Assembly: GCA_022821495.1 (NCBI GenBank)
Contig: JAJEDN010000043.1
Location: 2,524 to 66,523, forward strand
Source: Candidatus Poribacteria bacterium
Lineage (GTDB): Bacteria; Poribacteria; WGA-4E; WGA-3G
Direction: 5' to 3'
Length of the DNA: 64,000 nucleotides
In this document: positions 16,613 to 26,003 of the stretch, one piece after another
Numbering within the stretch: the first letter of the stretch is position 1
How the letters are laid out: every line of letters starts with the position of its first letter
Position numbers and translations under genes: made by a program
The notes under the pieces: generated by a model
Database searches by the model: none
The model's input: only the letters and a program-made list of their open reading frames with translations
Told to the model about the DNA's origin: nothing

Positions 16613-17359
16613 ATGAGCATCTATCAAAAGGGGCTCAAAATCCCTTACGCCCCCACAGAAGAAAAACGCCTTTACCCTGACACCGACGGAGAACCGATGG
16701 CAGCGAGTGACCTTCATAGACAACAACTGATGTGGACATTACAAACCCTTGAAACACATTTCACTGCACACCCAGAGGTCTATATCTCCGGCGATATTCT
16801 GATGTATTATGAGAAGGGTGAACCGCGTCGGGTCGTCTCCCCCGATGTTCTCGTGGTTTTTGGTATAGGTCGAGGCCCCCGGAGGACGTATAAGGTCTGG
16901 GAAGAGGGCAAAACGCCGGATTTTGTGATGGAGTTTTCGAGCGAAAGCACCTACGAAAATGACCTAACTCACAAGTTGGCTCTCTACGCTGAGTTGGAGA
17001 TTGAAAATTACGTCTTGTACGATGCGGAGAGGCTATATCTGCCGTCACCATTGATGGGGTTTCAGTTAGTGAATGGGGAATACGTAGAGATTACGTTAGA
17101 TGTAGATGGAGGGTTATATTCTTCGGTGCTGGGGTTAGCGTTTCATATCCGTGATGAAGGTTTAGGGATTTATGACCCCGTTGTGAGCGAGTGGCTTCAA
17201 ACACCGGCAGAGGCAGCAGAGACTCGCGCAGCACAGGAAGCCAGCGCACGACAGAAGGCAGAGACTCGCGCAGCACAGGAAGCCAGCGCACGACAGAAGG
17301 CGGAAGCCGAAGTCATCGAACTCCAAGAACAACTTGCTCAGTTACAAGCACGCCACTGA
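16613..17359 (+). CDS. Uma2 family (DUF820, restriction-endonuclease-like) nuclease
   Basis: ATG 16613 follows AAAGGAG. YPDTDGEPMA...PDVLVVFG...PDFVMEFSSEST...D...K...Y...E..NYVLYD matches the Uma2 PD-(D/E)xK pattern. The C-terminus is a coiled-coil tail. Confidence 0.8.
   Translation: MSIYQKGLKIPYAPTEEKRLYPDTDGEPMAASDLHRQQLMWTLQTLETHFTAHPEVYISGDILMYYEKGEPRRVVSPDVLVVFGIGRGPRRTYKVWEEGKTPDFVMEFSSESTYENDLTHKLALYAELEIENYVLYDAERLYLPSPLMGFQLVNGEYVEITLDVDGGLYSSVLGLAFHIRDEGLGIYDPVVSEWLQTPAEAAETRAAQEASARQKAETRAAQEASARQKAEAEVIELQEQLAQLQARH
17219..17302 (+). repeat. 2 x 42-bp in-frame tandem repeat (ETRAAQEASARQKA x2)
   Basis: 17219..17260 and 17261..17302 differ only at the last base. Confidence 0.9.
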
Positions 17360-17429
17360 TATCCATTATCGTTAGGACTCACACAAAATTGAGTTGAACA
17401 CGTCCCTTACCCGCAACAGGAGGAAAATC

Positions 17430-17924
17430 ATGCATCAAACCCACACCTTCATCAAGACACCGTCGACAGGTCTATATTCCACATTAGGGATAGTTTTACT
17501 GTCATTAGCCATGGCGTTAAGCGGTTGTGGTGAAGATCCTTCTGGGGGAAGCGGGTTCACGGATGTAGGACGCGGTGAACCTATTATAGTTGATTCCGCC
17601 TTAGCAATCAGTGTCTTTGATGACAGACCAGATGGTATTACGAACACTTTCTCCGTCGGGACCAACGAACAGGTATACTTATGGATCTTATGGGCAAACA
17701 TCACAGAAGAACATACAGCTGAAGTCTCATGGTACTCACCGGAGGAGGATATTGAGGACCCACCGTTTTGGAGCGAGAAACAGACCTTCACATCGACAAC
17801 CGGCGATAAAATTACGTGGTTTTATATCGATCTACCCAAACCAGCGATTACTGGTGAATGGTTCGTTGAAGTCTACCTTGATGGGGATCTCTTTGAACGG
17901 AGCCATATTTTCTGGGTAGAATAA
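17430..17924 (+). CDS. hypothetical lipoprotein
   Basis: ATG 17430 follows AGGAGGA. Lipobox is LSGC. No family recognised. Confidence 0.5.
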   Translation: MHQTHTFIKTPSTGLYSTLGIVLLSLAMALSGCGEDPSGGSGFTDVGRGEPIIVDSALAISVFDDRPDGITNTFSVGTNEQVYLWILWANITEEHTAEVSWYSPEEDIEDPPFWSEKQTFTSTTGDKITWFYIDLPKPAITGEWFVEVYLDGDLFERSHIFWVE

Positions 17925-17956
17925 TAAGGGTGAACAACCAGCAATGGAGAAAAATC

Positions 17957-19042
17957 ATGGATAGACTCAGAATCGCACATATCGGTACAGGTAGACGCGG
18001 TGCGGGGACCTACCTTCCCCTTATCTCAAAATTGACCGATGATCTTGAGTTAGTCGCTGTTTGCGATCCACGCGAAGACAGCGTTAGCGAACAAGGTGAA
18101 AAATACAGCGTCCCCGCTTACACAGACACTGCGCAGATGCTGGATACAATAAAACCTGATATCTGCGCAATTGTGATTACACCCAGCAACAATCACATCC
18201 CCGGTTTGCTCTGTTCTGAACGCGGTATCAGTTATTGTACAGAAACACCGATTGATACCGACCTCGGATGGGCGGACAGGATGATCGCCTCCGCACAAGA
18301 GAACGGCATAAAACTTGAGGTCAACGAAAACTATTATCGTGTGCCTACAGAACGGATCAAACGGGAGATGATTCTCGCCGGGGTCTTCGGCAAAGTCAAT
18401 GTCGCTTACAATGACTTTCGAGGTCACGGCTATCACGGGATTGGGCTTATCCGTAGCTACGTCGGTTTTGATAACGAACCTGTGCAAGTTTACGGTTTCC
18501 GAAAAGGGTATAGCGTCCAAGAACATGTCTGGCGGCAAGGGCAACCCAAGCGCGATACTGAGGATTGGCAACATGCGGTGATTGAATTTGAAGACGGTGC
18601 TGTCGGAATTTTCAATTTCAGTAGTCTCTCCTACGGTTCACCCTTGCGCGGCTTTAACGGTTCAAAATTCTATGCGGAGCGCGGGATGTGTTTCCGAAAC
18701 GATGCTGTCATCTTGAACGACACCGCCGATGCACAACGCGAGATTACCATCTCACGCAGAACCGATAGCGTTGATGGTTACGAAACCTTAGCTGCCCTCG
18801 TTGCGGATACTGACCCTGAAGTGATTTGGGAAAACCCGTTGCGAAATTATCCGCTCAGCGATGGTGAAATCACTGTTGCTTCGGAACTGATGAGTCTTGT
18901 TAATGCCGTTCGCAATGATACGGAACCTGAATATGGTGCTTATAACGGTCGCAAAGATCGCGAGATTGATGTCGCAATGGCACGTTCATGGTCAAACAAC
19001 GGGGCACCTGTTACCATTCCCTTTGAATACGAAAAACGTTAA
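17957..19042 (+). CDS. Gfo/Idh/MocA family oxidoreductase
   Basis: MDRLRIAHIGTGRRG N-terminal Rossmann, with the EKP-like TETP motif region. Confidence 0.75.
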   Translation: MDRLRIAHIGTGRRGAGTYLPLISKLTDDLELVAVCDPREDSVSEQGEKYSVPAYTDTAQMLDTIKPDICAIVITPSNNHIPGLLCSERGISYCTETPIDTDLGWADRMIASAQENGIKLEVNENYYRVPTERIKREMILAGVFGKVNVAYNDFRGHGYHGIGLIRSYVGFDNEPVQVYGFRKGYSVQEHVWRQGQPKRDTEDWQHAVIEFEDGAVGIFNFSSLSYGSPLRGFNGSKFYAERGMCFRNDAVILNDTADAQREITISRRTDSVDGYETLAALVADTDPEVIWENPLRNYPLSDGEITVASELMSLVNAVRNDTEPEYGAYNGRKDREIDVAMARSWSNNGAPVTIPFEYEKR

Positions 19043-19161
19043 ACAACATATTCTCTACGACGCGGTACATTACATTTTGCTTGCCGTTTGCGCTGAGATT
19101 CTGTATACTTTAAAAATAAAAAGCAAAGTGAAAAAGGCAGAAAATGTAAGAGGAATTTTTT

Positions 19162-20061
19162 ATGTTAAAAAAAAGTAGGTCGGTTTTCGTTCTTTTATTG
19201 ATCTTCGGTTTCAGTGCGACATTGATGGGAAACGAGTGGGCAAATTACTATTTCCCGGATGCAGTCGGTAGTTACTGGACTTATGAAGACCAAGACGGTG
19301 AAGAATTAACGCGCTACGCCATAGCACCCGAAGAAATTGATGGCGAAACCTATCGTGCTTTTAGTTACGACCCAGTCTTGGAGGATTGGGCAGACTATCA
19401 GTATTATGTTCATCCGTATTTCTACCAAGTCAGCGACGACTGGGTGGCGTTCTTTATCGGTGAAGATATAGAAAATGCGACACGGGCAATCACAGAGCAG
19501 CAGTGGAACGAAGTTGTTACACTAATGAAGCAACAAATGAATAACCAGATGCCACCAGGCGTAACCATTGACCTTGATGTGACATACGAACTCGATGTCG
19601 AAGCCCAAGACTATTTCTACTTTCTACCAACGCCTGCTACCTTCAATGAGGAATGGGAGGCACTGCGTGTTAATACGAAAGTAGACCTGCAGATCAGTAT
19701 CACAAGCAATTTGGAAAGTTTTCCGCCAACAAGCCAAGCTATCACAATGTTCCTGACCCTCGTTGAGACTGGAAACGTCACTGGCACGGAGACCCTCGAA
19801 ACGGCTGCTGGCACGTTTGAAGATTGTCTAAAGATTGAGTATACAGTAGATGCCACAATAGAAACGAACCCAGAAATACCTGAAGCCAAAAGTATGTTCG
19901 CGGATGCATACAGTGGATCAGTGACAACCCTCTGGCTCGCTCCTAATGTCGGTATCGTTCAAATGCTACAGGAATCCGAAAATACCGATACCGTAAAAAC
20001 CCTTGAATTAACGAATTATGAAATCAAGTCTACCGAGTCAGGAAGCACCGAAAGTCCGTAA
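19162..20061 (+). CDS. hypothetical secreted protein (paralog 1)
   Basis: Signal peptide present. [31 protein letters not shown] is shared with 20130..21056. A possible TTGCCG-N17-TATACT promoter sits at 19081..19109. Confidence 0.55.
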   Translation: MLKKSRSVFVLLLIFGFSATLMGNEWANYYFPDAVGSYWTYEDQDGEELTRYAIAPEEIDGETYRAFSYDPVLEDWADYQYYVHPYFYQVSDDWVAFFIGEDIENATRAITEQQWNEVVTLMKQQMNNQMPPGVTIDLDVTYELDVEAQDYFYFLPTPATFNEEWEALRVNTKVDLQISITSNLESFPPTSQAITMFLTLVETGNVTGTETLETAAGTFEDCLKIEYTVDATIETNPEIPEAKSMFADAYSGSVTTLWLAPNVGIVQMLQESENTDTVKTLELTNYEIKSTESGSTESP

Positions 20062-20129
20062 CTCCGCTTTTTGAATAGTCCGTTTCGGGAATCGCTGCGT
20101 TTTACCGTGCGTAGCAAAAGGAACCTCTC

Positions 20130-21056
20130 ATGTTGAAAAAAATTAGATCGGTTTTCGTTCTTTTATTTGTTTTTAGCTTCAGTGCTGTGTCTATGGGAAA
20201 CGAATGGGCGAATTACTATTTCCCAGATACAACCGGCAGCTACTGGACCTATGAAGACCAAGATGGTAACGAATTAACGCGCTACGCCATAGCACCAGAA
20301 AGCGTTGATGGTGATACTTATCGCGCCTTCAGTTATGACCCTGCTTTGGAAGACTGGGCGGACTTTGAACATTACGTCCTTCCGTATTATTATCAGGTCA
20401 ATAACGACTGGGTGCAATTCTTTGTCGGTGCTGAAATTGAGAATGCAATTAAGGCTTCCACAGCTCGGGATTTGGAAGATGTTCTACCATTGATGCGTGA
20501 ACAAATGATGCAAGATTTACCTCAGGAATTAAATACCTCGCTTGATTTGACTTACGATATTGAGGTGGGATCGCAAGATTTTTTCTATCTCCTACCGACA
20601 CCCGCCACATACAATGAAGAATGGACAGCACTTGAGCTAAATGTCGAACTGACCCTGACAATAAATTTCGAGGGGATCCCTGAAGAATTAACCGGCGGCG
20701 CAGCACCGACCATCAAAACCCACGGTACTATCGTAGAGACTGGAGTCGTCACTGGTACCGAAACCGTCGAAACATCCGCTGGCACGTTTGAAGATTGCTT
20801 GGTAATTGAATACCAGACAGATGAAATGACCCAGATAACAATATCTGTGCCCGGACTCGGACAACCCGAACCTGAAGAGAAAAAAGGGACGACTGTGACA
20901 ACACTCTGGTTGGCACCCAATGTCGGGATCGTCAAATTCAAGCACGAGCACCCAGATGCTGACGAGGCAAAAGAAGAACTCGGATTATCGCCGGATGGAG
21001 AGCGAACGCTTGAATTAACCAGTTATGAAATCAAAGGCTCGCCTTCGGAGGAGTAA
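20130..21056 (+). CDS. hypothetical secreted protein (paralog 2)
   Basis: Colinear with 19162..20061 over the whole length. Its stop overlaps the hemB start (TAATG). Confidence 0.55.
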   Translation: MLKKIRSVFVLLFVFSFSAVSMGNEWANYYFPDTTGSYWTYEDQDGNELTRYAIAPESVDGDTYRAFSYDPALEDWADFEHYVLPYYYQVNNDWVQFFVGAEIENAIKASTARDLEDVLPLMREQMMQDLPQELNTSLDLTYDIEVGSQDFFYLLPTPATYNEEWTALELNVELTLTINFEGIPEELTGGAAPTIKTHGTIVETGVVTGTETVETSAGTFEDCLVIEYQTDEMTQITISVPGLGQPEPEEKKGTTVTTLWLAPNVGIVKFKHEHPDADEAKEELGLSPDGERTLELTSYEIKGSPSEE

Positions 21057-22033
21057 TGCGTATTTTCCCTACCTATCGTCCGAGGCGACTTCGCGGAAAT
21101 CAAAACCTACGGCGATTGGTTCGCGAGACAGCACTCTCTATCGACGATCTCATCTACCCGATGTTCGTCGTTCACGGGGATAATACCGTGACCGAAATTT
21201 CTGCGATGCCGGGATGTTATCAGTACTCGGTTGATACCCTCATCACCGCCGCGAAAGAACTCGCTACGCTCGGAATCCCTGGGACAATCCTCTTCGGTAT
21301 TCCAGCATCGAAAGACCCACTCGGTACCGAGGCGTACGCCGATGACGGTATTATTCAACAGGCAGTCCGCGCAATTAAAGACACCGTGCCAGATCTGCTT
21401 GTAATGACTGATGTTTGTCTCTGTGAATACACCGACCACGGGCATTGTGGGGTTATTGAAAATGGAGAGGTCCAAAACGATCCAACGCTGGAATTGCTCG
21501 CCAAAGAGAGTCTTTCGCACGCCCGCGCCGGTGCGGATGTCATCGCCCCGTCAGATATGATGGACGGTCGTGTGGGTGTGATTCGCGAAGCATTGGACGA
21601 AAACGGGTACGAGAATATACCGATTATGGCATATTCTGCGAAATATGCCTCCGCGTTTTACGGACCCTTTCGCGAAGCGGCAGAATCCGCGCCTCAGTTC
21701 GGGGACCGCCGATCCTATCAGATGGATCCCCCGAATGCAGAGGAGGCATTACAGGAAGTCGCACTCGATATTCAAGAGGGGGCGGACATTCTCATGGTGA
21801 AACCCGCGCTTTCCTATCTGGATGTAATCCATCGCGTCAAGACGGAATTTCAGGTACCTGTTGCCGCCTATAACGTCAGCGGTGAATATGCTATGGTGAA
21901 AGCAGCAGCGCAGAACGGTTGGATCGATGAGCAGCGGGTCGCATTGGAACTTTTAACCAGTATCAAGCGGGCGGGCGCGGATATGATTTTAACCTATTTC
22001 GCGAAGTCCGTTGTTGAATGGCTCAACGATTAG
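21056..22033 (+). CDS. hemB: porphobilinogen synthase (delta-aminolevulinate dehydratase), Zn-type
   Basis: RPRRLR start, the Cys triad [14 protein letters not shown], and the active-site Lys regions (MVKPA, SGEYAM). Confidence 0.9.
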   Translation: MRIFPTYRPRRLRGNQNLRRLVRETALSIDDLIYPMFVVHGDNTVTEISAMPGCYQYSVDTLITAAKELATLGIPGTILFGIPASKDPLGTEAYADDGIIQQAVRAIKDTVPDLLVMTDVCLCEYTDHGHCGVIENGEVQNDPTLELLAKESLSHARAGADVIAPSDMMDGRVGVIREALDENGYENIPIMAYSAKYASAFYGPFREAAESAPQFGDRRSYQMDPPNAEEALQEVALDIQEGADILMVKPALSYLDVIHRVKTEFQVPVAAYNVSGEYAMVKAAAQNGWIDEQRVALELLTSIKRAGADMILTYFAKSVVEWLND

Positions 22034-22057
22034 GAATTGTATCAGAAACCCGTTTTT

Positions 22058-22086
22058 TTGACCAACAACTCGACTCCGAATATAAT
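22058..22086 (+). promoter_or_regulatory. sigma70-like promoter TTGACC-N17-TATAAT for hemL
   Basis: Hexamers read directly from the sequence. The -35 element and spacer are part of a 15-bp inverted repeat (22058..22072 / 22098..22112). Confidence 0.5.
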
Positions 22087-22165
22087 AGAGTAAGGCACGA
22101 GTTGTTGGTCAAAACAGAAAAAACGGAGCGGAAACCTAATATTTAAAAGAATTGGAGGAAATGGT

Positions 22166-23452
22166 TTGGAGAGCAGTAAATCTTTAGCTGCATGGCAAAA
22201 ATCACAGCAGTTTATTCCCGGCGGGGTTAACAGCCCTGTCCGAAATTTCAGTAAAGTCGGTGGACACCCACGTTTCATCGCACGTGGCGAAGGCGCGAAA
22301 ATATACGACATTGATGGAAACGAGTATATTGATTATGTTGCGTCTTGGGGTCCCTTAGTCTTGGGACACGCACATCCAAGCGTTGTCGAGGCTATCAATG
22401 CAGCAGCGTTGAATGGCACGAGTTTTGGTGCACCGACACCATTAGAAGCAGAACTCGCTGAAACCATCGTTAACGCAGTGCCTTCGATTGAACAGGTACG
22501 CCTTGTTAACTCAGGAACCGAGGCAACAATGAGTGCGATCCGTGTCGCGCGCGGGTACACGGGTCGCGATAAAATCCTCAAAATCGATGGATGCTATCAC
22601 GGTCATGTGGACTACCTGTTAGCGAAAGCAGGGTCCGGTGTAGCAACATTTGGTCTCTCTGATAGCGGCGGTGTCCCAGAGGATTTCGCACGCAATACAC
22701 TCACAGTCCCCTTTAACAACCCCGACGCTGTACGTGAAACAGTAGAAGCCAACCCAAACGAAATCGCCTGTCTCATTCTCGAACCCATTATGGGTAATAT
22801 GGGCATCATCCCACCCCGTGATGGATACCTCAATCAGCTCCGGGAAATTACTGAAGAACATGGGATCGTGCTTATCTTCGATGAAGTCATTACCGGTTTC
22901 CGAGTGGCGTATGGCGGCGCGCAGTCTTTTTATAACGTCACACCCGATATGACCTGTTTAGGGAAGATTATCGGTGGCGGATTGCCTGTTGGTGCGTACG
23001 GCGGAAAACAGGAGATCATGCGGTGTGTCGCGCCAGAAGGCGATGTCTATCAAGCAGGAACGCTATCCGGCAATCCGTTGGCAGTTACTGCTGGTATAAC
23101 AACGCTCAAAAAACTATCTGAACCTGGGACTTACGAACAACTCGAAAACCGTGCGGCTCTCCTCGCAGAAGGTCTCGCCACAGCAACCGAAAAACACGGA
23201 ATTGACGCTTGGCACAGTCGCGCCGGTTCAATGTTGATGCTCTACTTTACACCTGAAAGCGTCACGGATGCTGATGGTGCGCGCACAGCAGATACGGAAC
23301 GTTTTCGGCAATATTTTTGGGGGCTCCTCGCGCAAGGTGTCTATGTCGCTCCGTCTCAATTTGAGGCAGGGTTCGTCTCCTTAGTCCACTCCGAAGACGA
23401 TATTAGCAAAACCATTCAAGCCGCAACACAGGTATTAGCGAATCTCTCTTAG
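22166..23452 (+). CDS. hemL: glutamate-1-semialdehyde 2,1-aminomutase
   Basis: TTG start lies 7 nt after [21 protein letters not shown], and the FDEVITGFR...GKIIGGG PLP-lysine region. Confidence 0.9.
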   Translation: MESSKSLAAWQKSQQFIPGGVNSPVRNFSKVGGHPRFIARGEGAKIYDIDGNEYIDYVASWGPLVLGHAHPSVVEAINAAALNGTSFGAPTPLEAELAETIVNAVPSIEQVRLVNSGTEATMSAIRVARGYTGRDKILKIDGCYHGHVDYLLAKAGSGVATFGLSDSGGVPEDFARNTLTVPFNNPDAVRETVEANPNEIACLILEPIMGNMGIIPPRDGYLNQLREITEEHGIVLIFDEVITGFRVAYGGAQSFYNVTPDMTCLGKIIGGGLPVGAYGGKQEIMRCVAPEGDVYQAGTLSGNPLAVTAGITTLKKLSEPGTYEQLENRAALLAEGLATATEKHGIDAWHSRAGSMLMLYFTPESVTDADGARTADTERFRQYFWGLLAQGVYVAPSQFEAGFVSLVHSEDDISKTIQAATQVLANLS

Positions 23453-23599
23453 TAGTTATAAGTTATCAGTTCGGTTTTTCTGCGAAAAACCTTTCAGTTA
23501 TAGGTTAAAGCGTCCCATTGTGGCAGGGACAACAAAAGGAATTACCACAAGAGATTAACTTATAAACTTATAACTTATAACTCTGACAACCATTATATT

Positions 23600-24583
23600 A
23601 TGTCCAACTTTAATCAAATCGTTGAATTAATCGCTGATGACCTCAGTGCCGTTGAGGTAAAACTCACCGAGCAGACTGCCAGCGAGTATAGTTTCGTTGA
23701 TATGGCTGTCCAACATGTCGTGGAGGGTGGGGGCAAACGGCTCCGCCCTATTCTCGTTGTGCTTTCTGCGAAGGTCTGTGGATATAAGGGTAGCGATGCA
23801 CACACGCTTGCTGCTGTTGTGGAACTCATCCATGTTGCCTCACTCGTTCACGACGATGTGCTTGATGAAGCCGCTATCCGTCGCGGACGCGAGACGTTAC
23901 AGACGAAATGGGGCAATAAGGTCGCAGTCCTCGTCGGGGATTACCTCCATGCGCGCGTCCTATCCATGCTTGTCTCTCGCCGTTCTGATGACCCAGCAAT
24001 GGCGATCCTCGCAGATACCACACAAGCGATGTGCGAAGGTGAAGTTATACACGCATACAAAAGCGGCGATTTTGACATCTCCGAAGCCGAATACCTCAAA
24101 ATTATCAGTTTCAAAACCGGTAAATTAATCGCGGCATCCTGTACCCTCGGCGCTCATCTCGGAAACCCAACAGATACAAAACAGATTGAAGCACTCACAG
24201 TCTACGGACAACAAATTGGAACCGCTTTCCAAATTGTAGATGACGTGCTCGATTTCACAGAGGATCCAGATAAGTTAGGAAAAAACACATTCGGCGACCT
24301 TCGTGAAGGGAAACTCACTTTCCCCATCATCTATGCTCGAAGCGTCTGCAATGACGATGAGAAACGGACACTTGAAAAGATGCTGAACCCTGACACCGAT
24401 GAAACCGAGGCTATCACTTTCGTAGAAACTCTGTTCCAACGATATAGCGTCGAACCCCACTGTTTGGAGGTTGCCCAAGGCTACGCTAACCGTGCTAAAG
24501 CCGCGTTAGCAAGTCTACCTGAAACACCTGCCCGCGTCGCGCTGGAACAACTCGCAGACTACGTCGTCTCGCGCGAGTCATAA
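23600..24583 (+). CDS. long-chain trans-polyprenyl diphosphate synthase (IspB/HepT-like)
   Basis: First and second Asp-rich motifs LVHDDVLDE and QIVDDVLDF, with GKRLRP. Confidence 0.85.
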   Translation: MSNFNQIVELIADDLSAVEVKLTEQTASEYSFVDMAVQHVVEGGGKRLRPILVVLSAKVCGYKGSDAHTLAAVVELIHVASLVHDDVLDEAAIRRGRETLQTKWGNKVAVLVGDYLHARVLSMLVSRRSDDPAMAILADTTQAMCEGEVIHAYKSGDFDISEAEYLKIISFKTGKLIAASCTLGAHLGNPTDTKQIEALTVYGQQIGTAFQIVDDVLDFTEDPDKLGKNTFGDLREGKLTFPIIYARSVCNDDEKRTLEKMLNPDTDETEAITFVETLFQRYSVEPHCLEVAQGYANRAKAALASLPETPARVALEQLADYVVSRES

Positions 24584-24691
24584 GGAATAATTTTCAGTAC
24601 TCAGTTGTTAGTTTTCGGTTAAAGATAAGGTTTGATTAACCAGAACCCCTCTTAACTGATGGCTGATGGCTGACAACTGACAGCCATTAAA

Positions 24692-25864
24692 ATGTTTTAT
24701 CCCGCGTACGTAAACCTTCAAGACCGAAAGTGCCTCGTTGTCGGTGGTGGTACTGTTGCAGAACGGAAAGTCGTCGCTATGCTCATTAGTGGTGGTGATG
24801 TGACTGTGATTAGTCCGGATGCAACAGAATTAGTGGCATTTCTTGCACATATCGGCACCATCCGTTGGCACAAACGCCAGTTAAAGGCAGACGATACACG
24901 CGGCTATTTTCTCGTCTGTGCTGCTACGGATTTCAGGGATATTAACACTGCTGTTTTCACAGAAGCGCACGAGAAAAACAAAATCCGTTTAGTCAATGTC
25001 GTTGATGTTATCCCACAATGCACCTTTGCTGCCGCATCCGTTGTAACAAATGGCGAACTGATGCTCAGCATCTCAACAAGTGGTAAAAGCCCCGCGACGA
25101 GTCGCCGCATCCGTGAACATTTTGAGAAAACATTGAACGCCACTTCATTGTATACACTCGGATACGAAGATGGCGAACCGGTGCCAATTGCCAGTGAAGG
25201 CGAAGGACAGGGGCTGCCCTATCCTATCTATCTGCTATTGGAAAATCGCTCATGCCTTGTTGTGTATGAACAAAAGACAAAAGAAATTGAACGTCGTATT
25301 TCTCTATTAAACCGATGTGGTGCTTCTGTTGTCTGTATGATGCCTGACGAAGTGAAGCCAAAGCATCTTGAGAATGCTTTCCTTGTTATTGTTGATAAAG
25401 TTTCTCGGGTAGACATGCCTTGTGGAGATAAAGCCGCGTTTATTCGGGAATATCTTGATGAACCGGCGGCTGGCACTTACTTCACGCCTGATCTCATAAT
25501 AGACGATAATTTCATAATTAGTGTGTCCGCTCGAAACAGTACAACGGTTCACAAAGCGAAACGGCTGCACGCAAAACTCGCAGACCAGTTTAAAAACAAC
25601 GGCTACGGTGCATTTATTGAATTCCTTGGGGCGCGCCGGCCTGAAATTCTTGAAGCGCTTCCAACTTCTAAAAAACGCGCCGATTTTTTTGATGCCCTTA
25701 TTGATTACATTGAAATGGATAGTCCACAACCGGAGACCTGTTGCCTCGCGCTTGAAAAACCCGAATGTTCCGCTGAATGCCTTTTCAATTGGGTTCGACA
25801 CGGCAAGTTGGAACGTGCCGATACCTTTACAACAAACCTGTTGGAGTCGCAGAGCAGGAACTGA
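24692..25864 (+). CDS. SirC/CysG-N-like precorrin-2 dehydrogenase/sirohydrochlorin ferrochelatase with degenerate internal duplication
   Basis: YPAYVNLQDRKCLVVGGGTVAERKV...NVVD...SISTSGKSPATSRRIR is the canonical SirC module. A second copy without the GGG motif starts at aa ~177 (YPIYLLLENRSCLVVYEQKTKEIERRI). Confidence 0.65.
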   Translation: MFYPAYVNLQDRKCLVVGGGTVAERKVVAMLISGGDVTVISPDATELVAFLAHIGTIRWHKRQLKADDTRGYFLVCAATDFRDINTAVFTEAHEKNKIRLVNVVDVIPQCTFAAASVVTNGELMLSISTSGKSPATSRRIREHFEKTLNATSLYTLGYEDGEPVPIASEGEGQGLPYPIYLLLENRSCLVVYEQKTKEIERRISLLNRCGASVVCMMPDEVKPKHLENAFLVIVDKVSRVDMPCGDKAAFIREYLDEPAAGTYFTPDLIIDDNFIISVSARNSTTVHKAKRLHAKLADQFKNNGYGAFIEFLGARRPEILEALPTSKKRADFFDALIDYIEMDSPQPETCCLALEKPECSAECLFNWVRHGKLERADTFTTNLLESQSRN

Positions 25865-26003
25865 ATGTGTGTCCACTGGACGCCATGTTGGTGAGATTAT
25901 CAAAACTCCCAACAATATCCACAATAACTTCATCTAATCGGAAACCGGTTTGGTTCTCACTGCGAAGCAGGGCAAACCGAGCAAAACTACCATATTTAAA
26001 AAC

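Noticed and set aside
16613-17359. Uma2 nuclease, considered as part of a toxin-antitoxin or defence island.
   Set aside because: There is no adjacent small partner gene, methyltransferase, ATPase or other defence-associated gene. The flanking genes are metabolic or lipoprotein genes.
25307-25937. 208-aa minus-strand ORF and 138-aa plus-strand ORF across the 3' half of the SirC-like gene.
   Set aside because: They overlap a CDS whose frame continues the SirC-like pattern. They have no RBS or motifs and are treated as chance ORFs. They would need re-evaluation only if the SirC duplication hypothesis fails.
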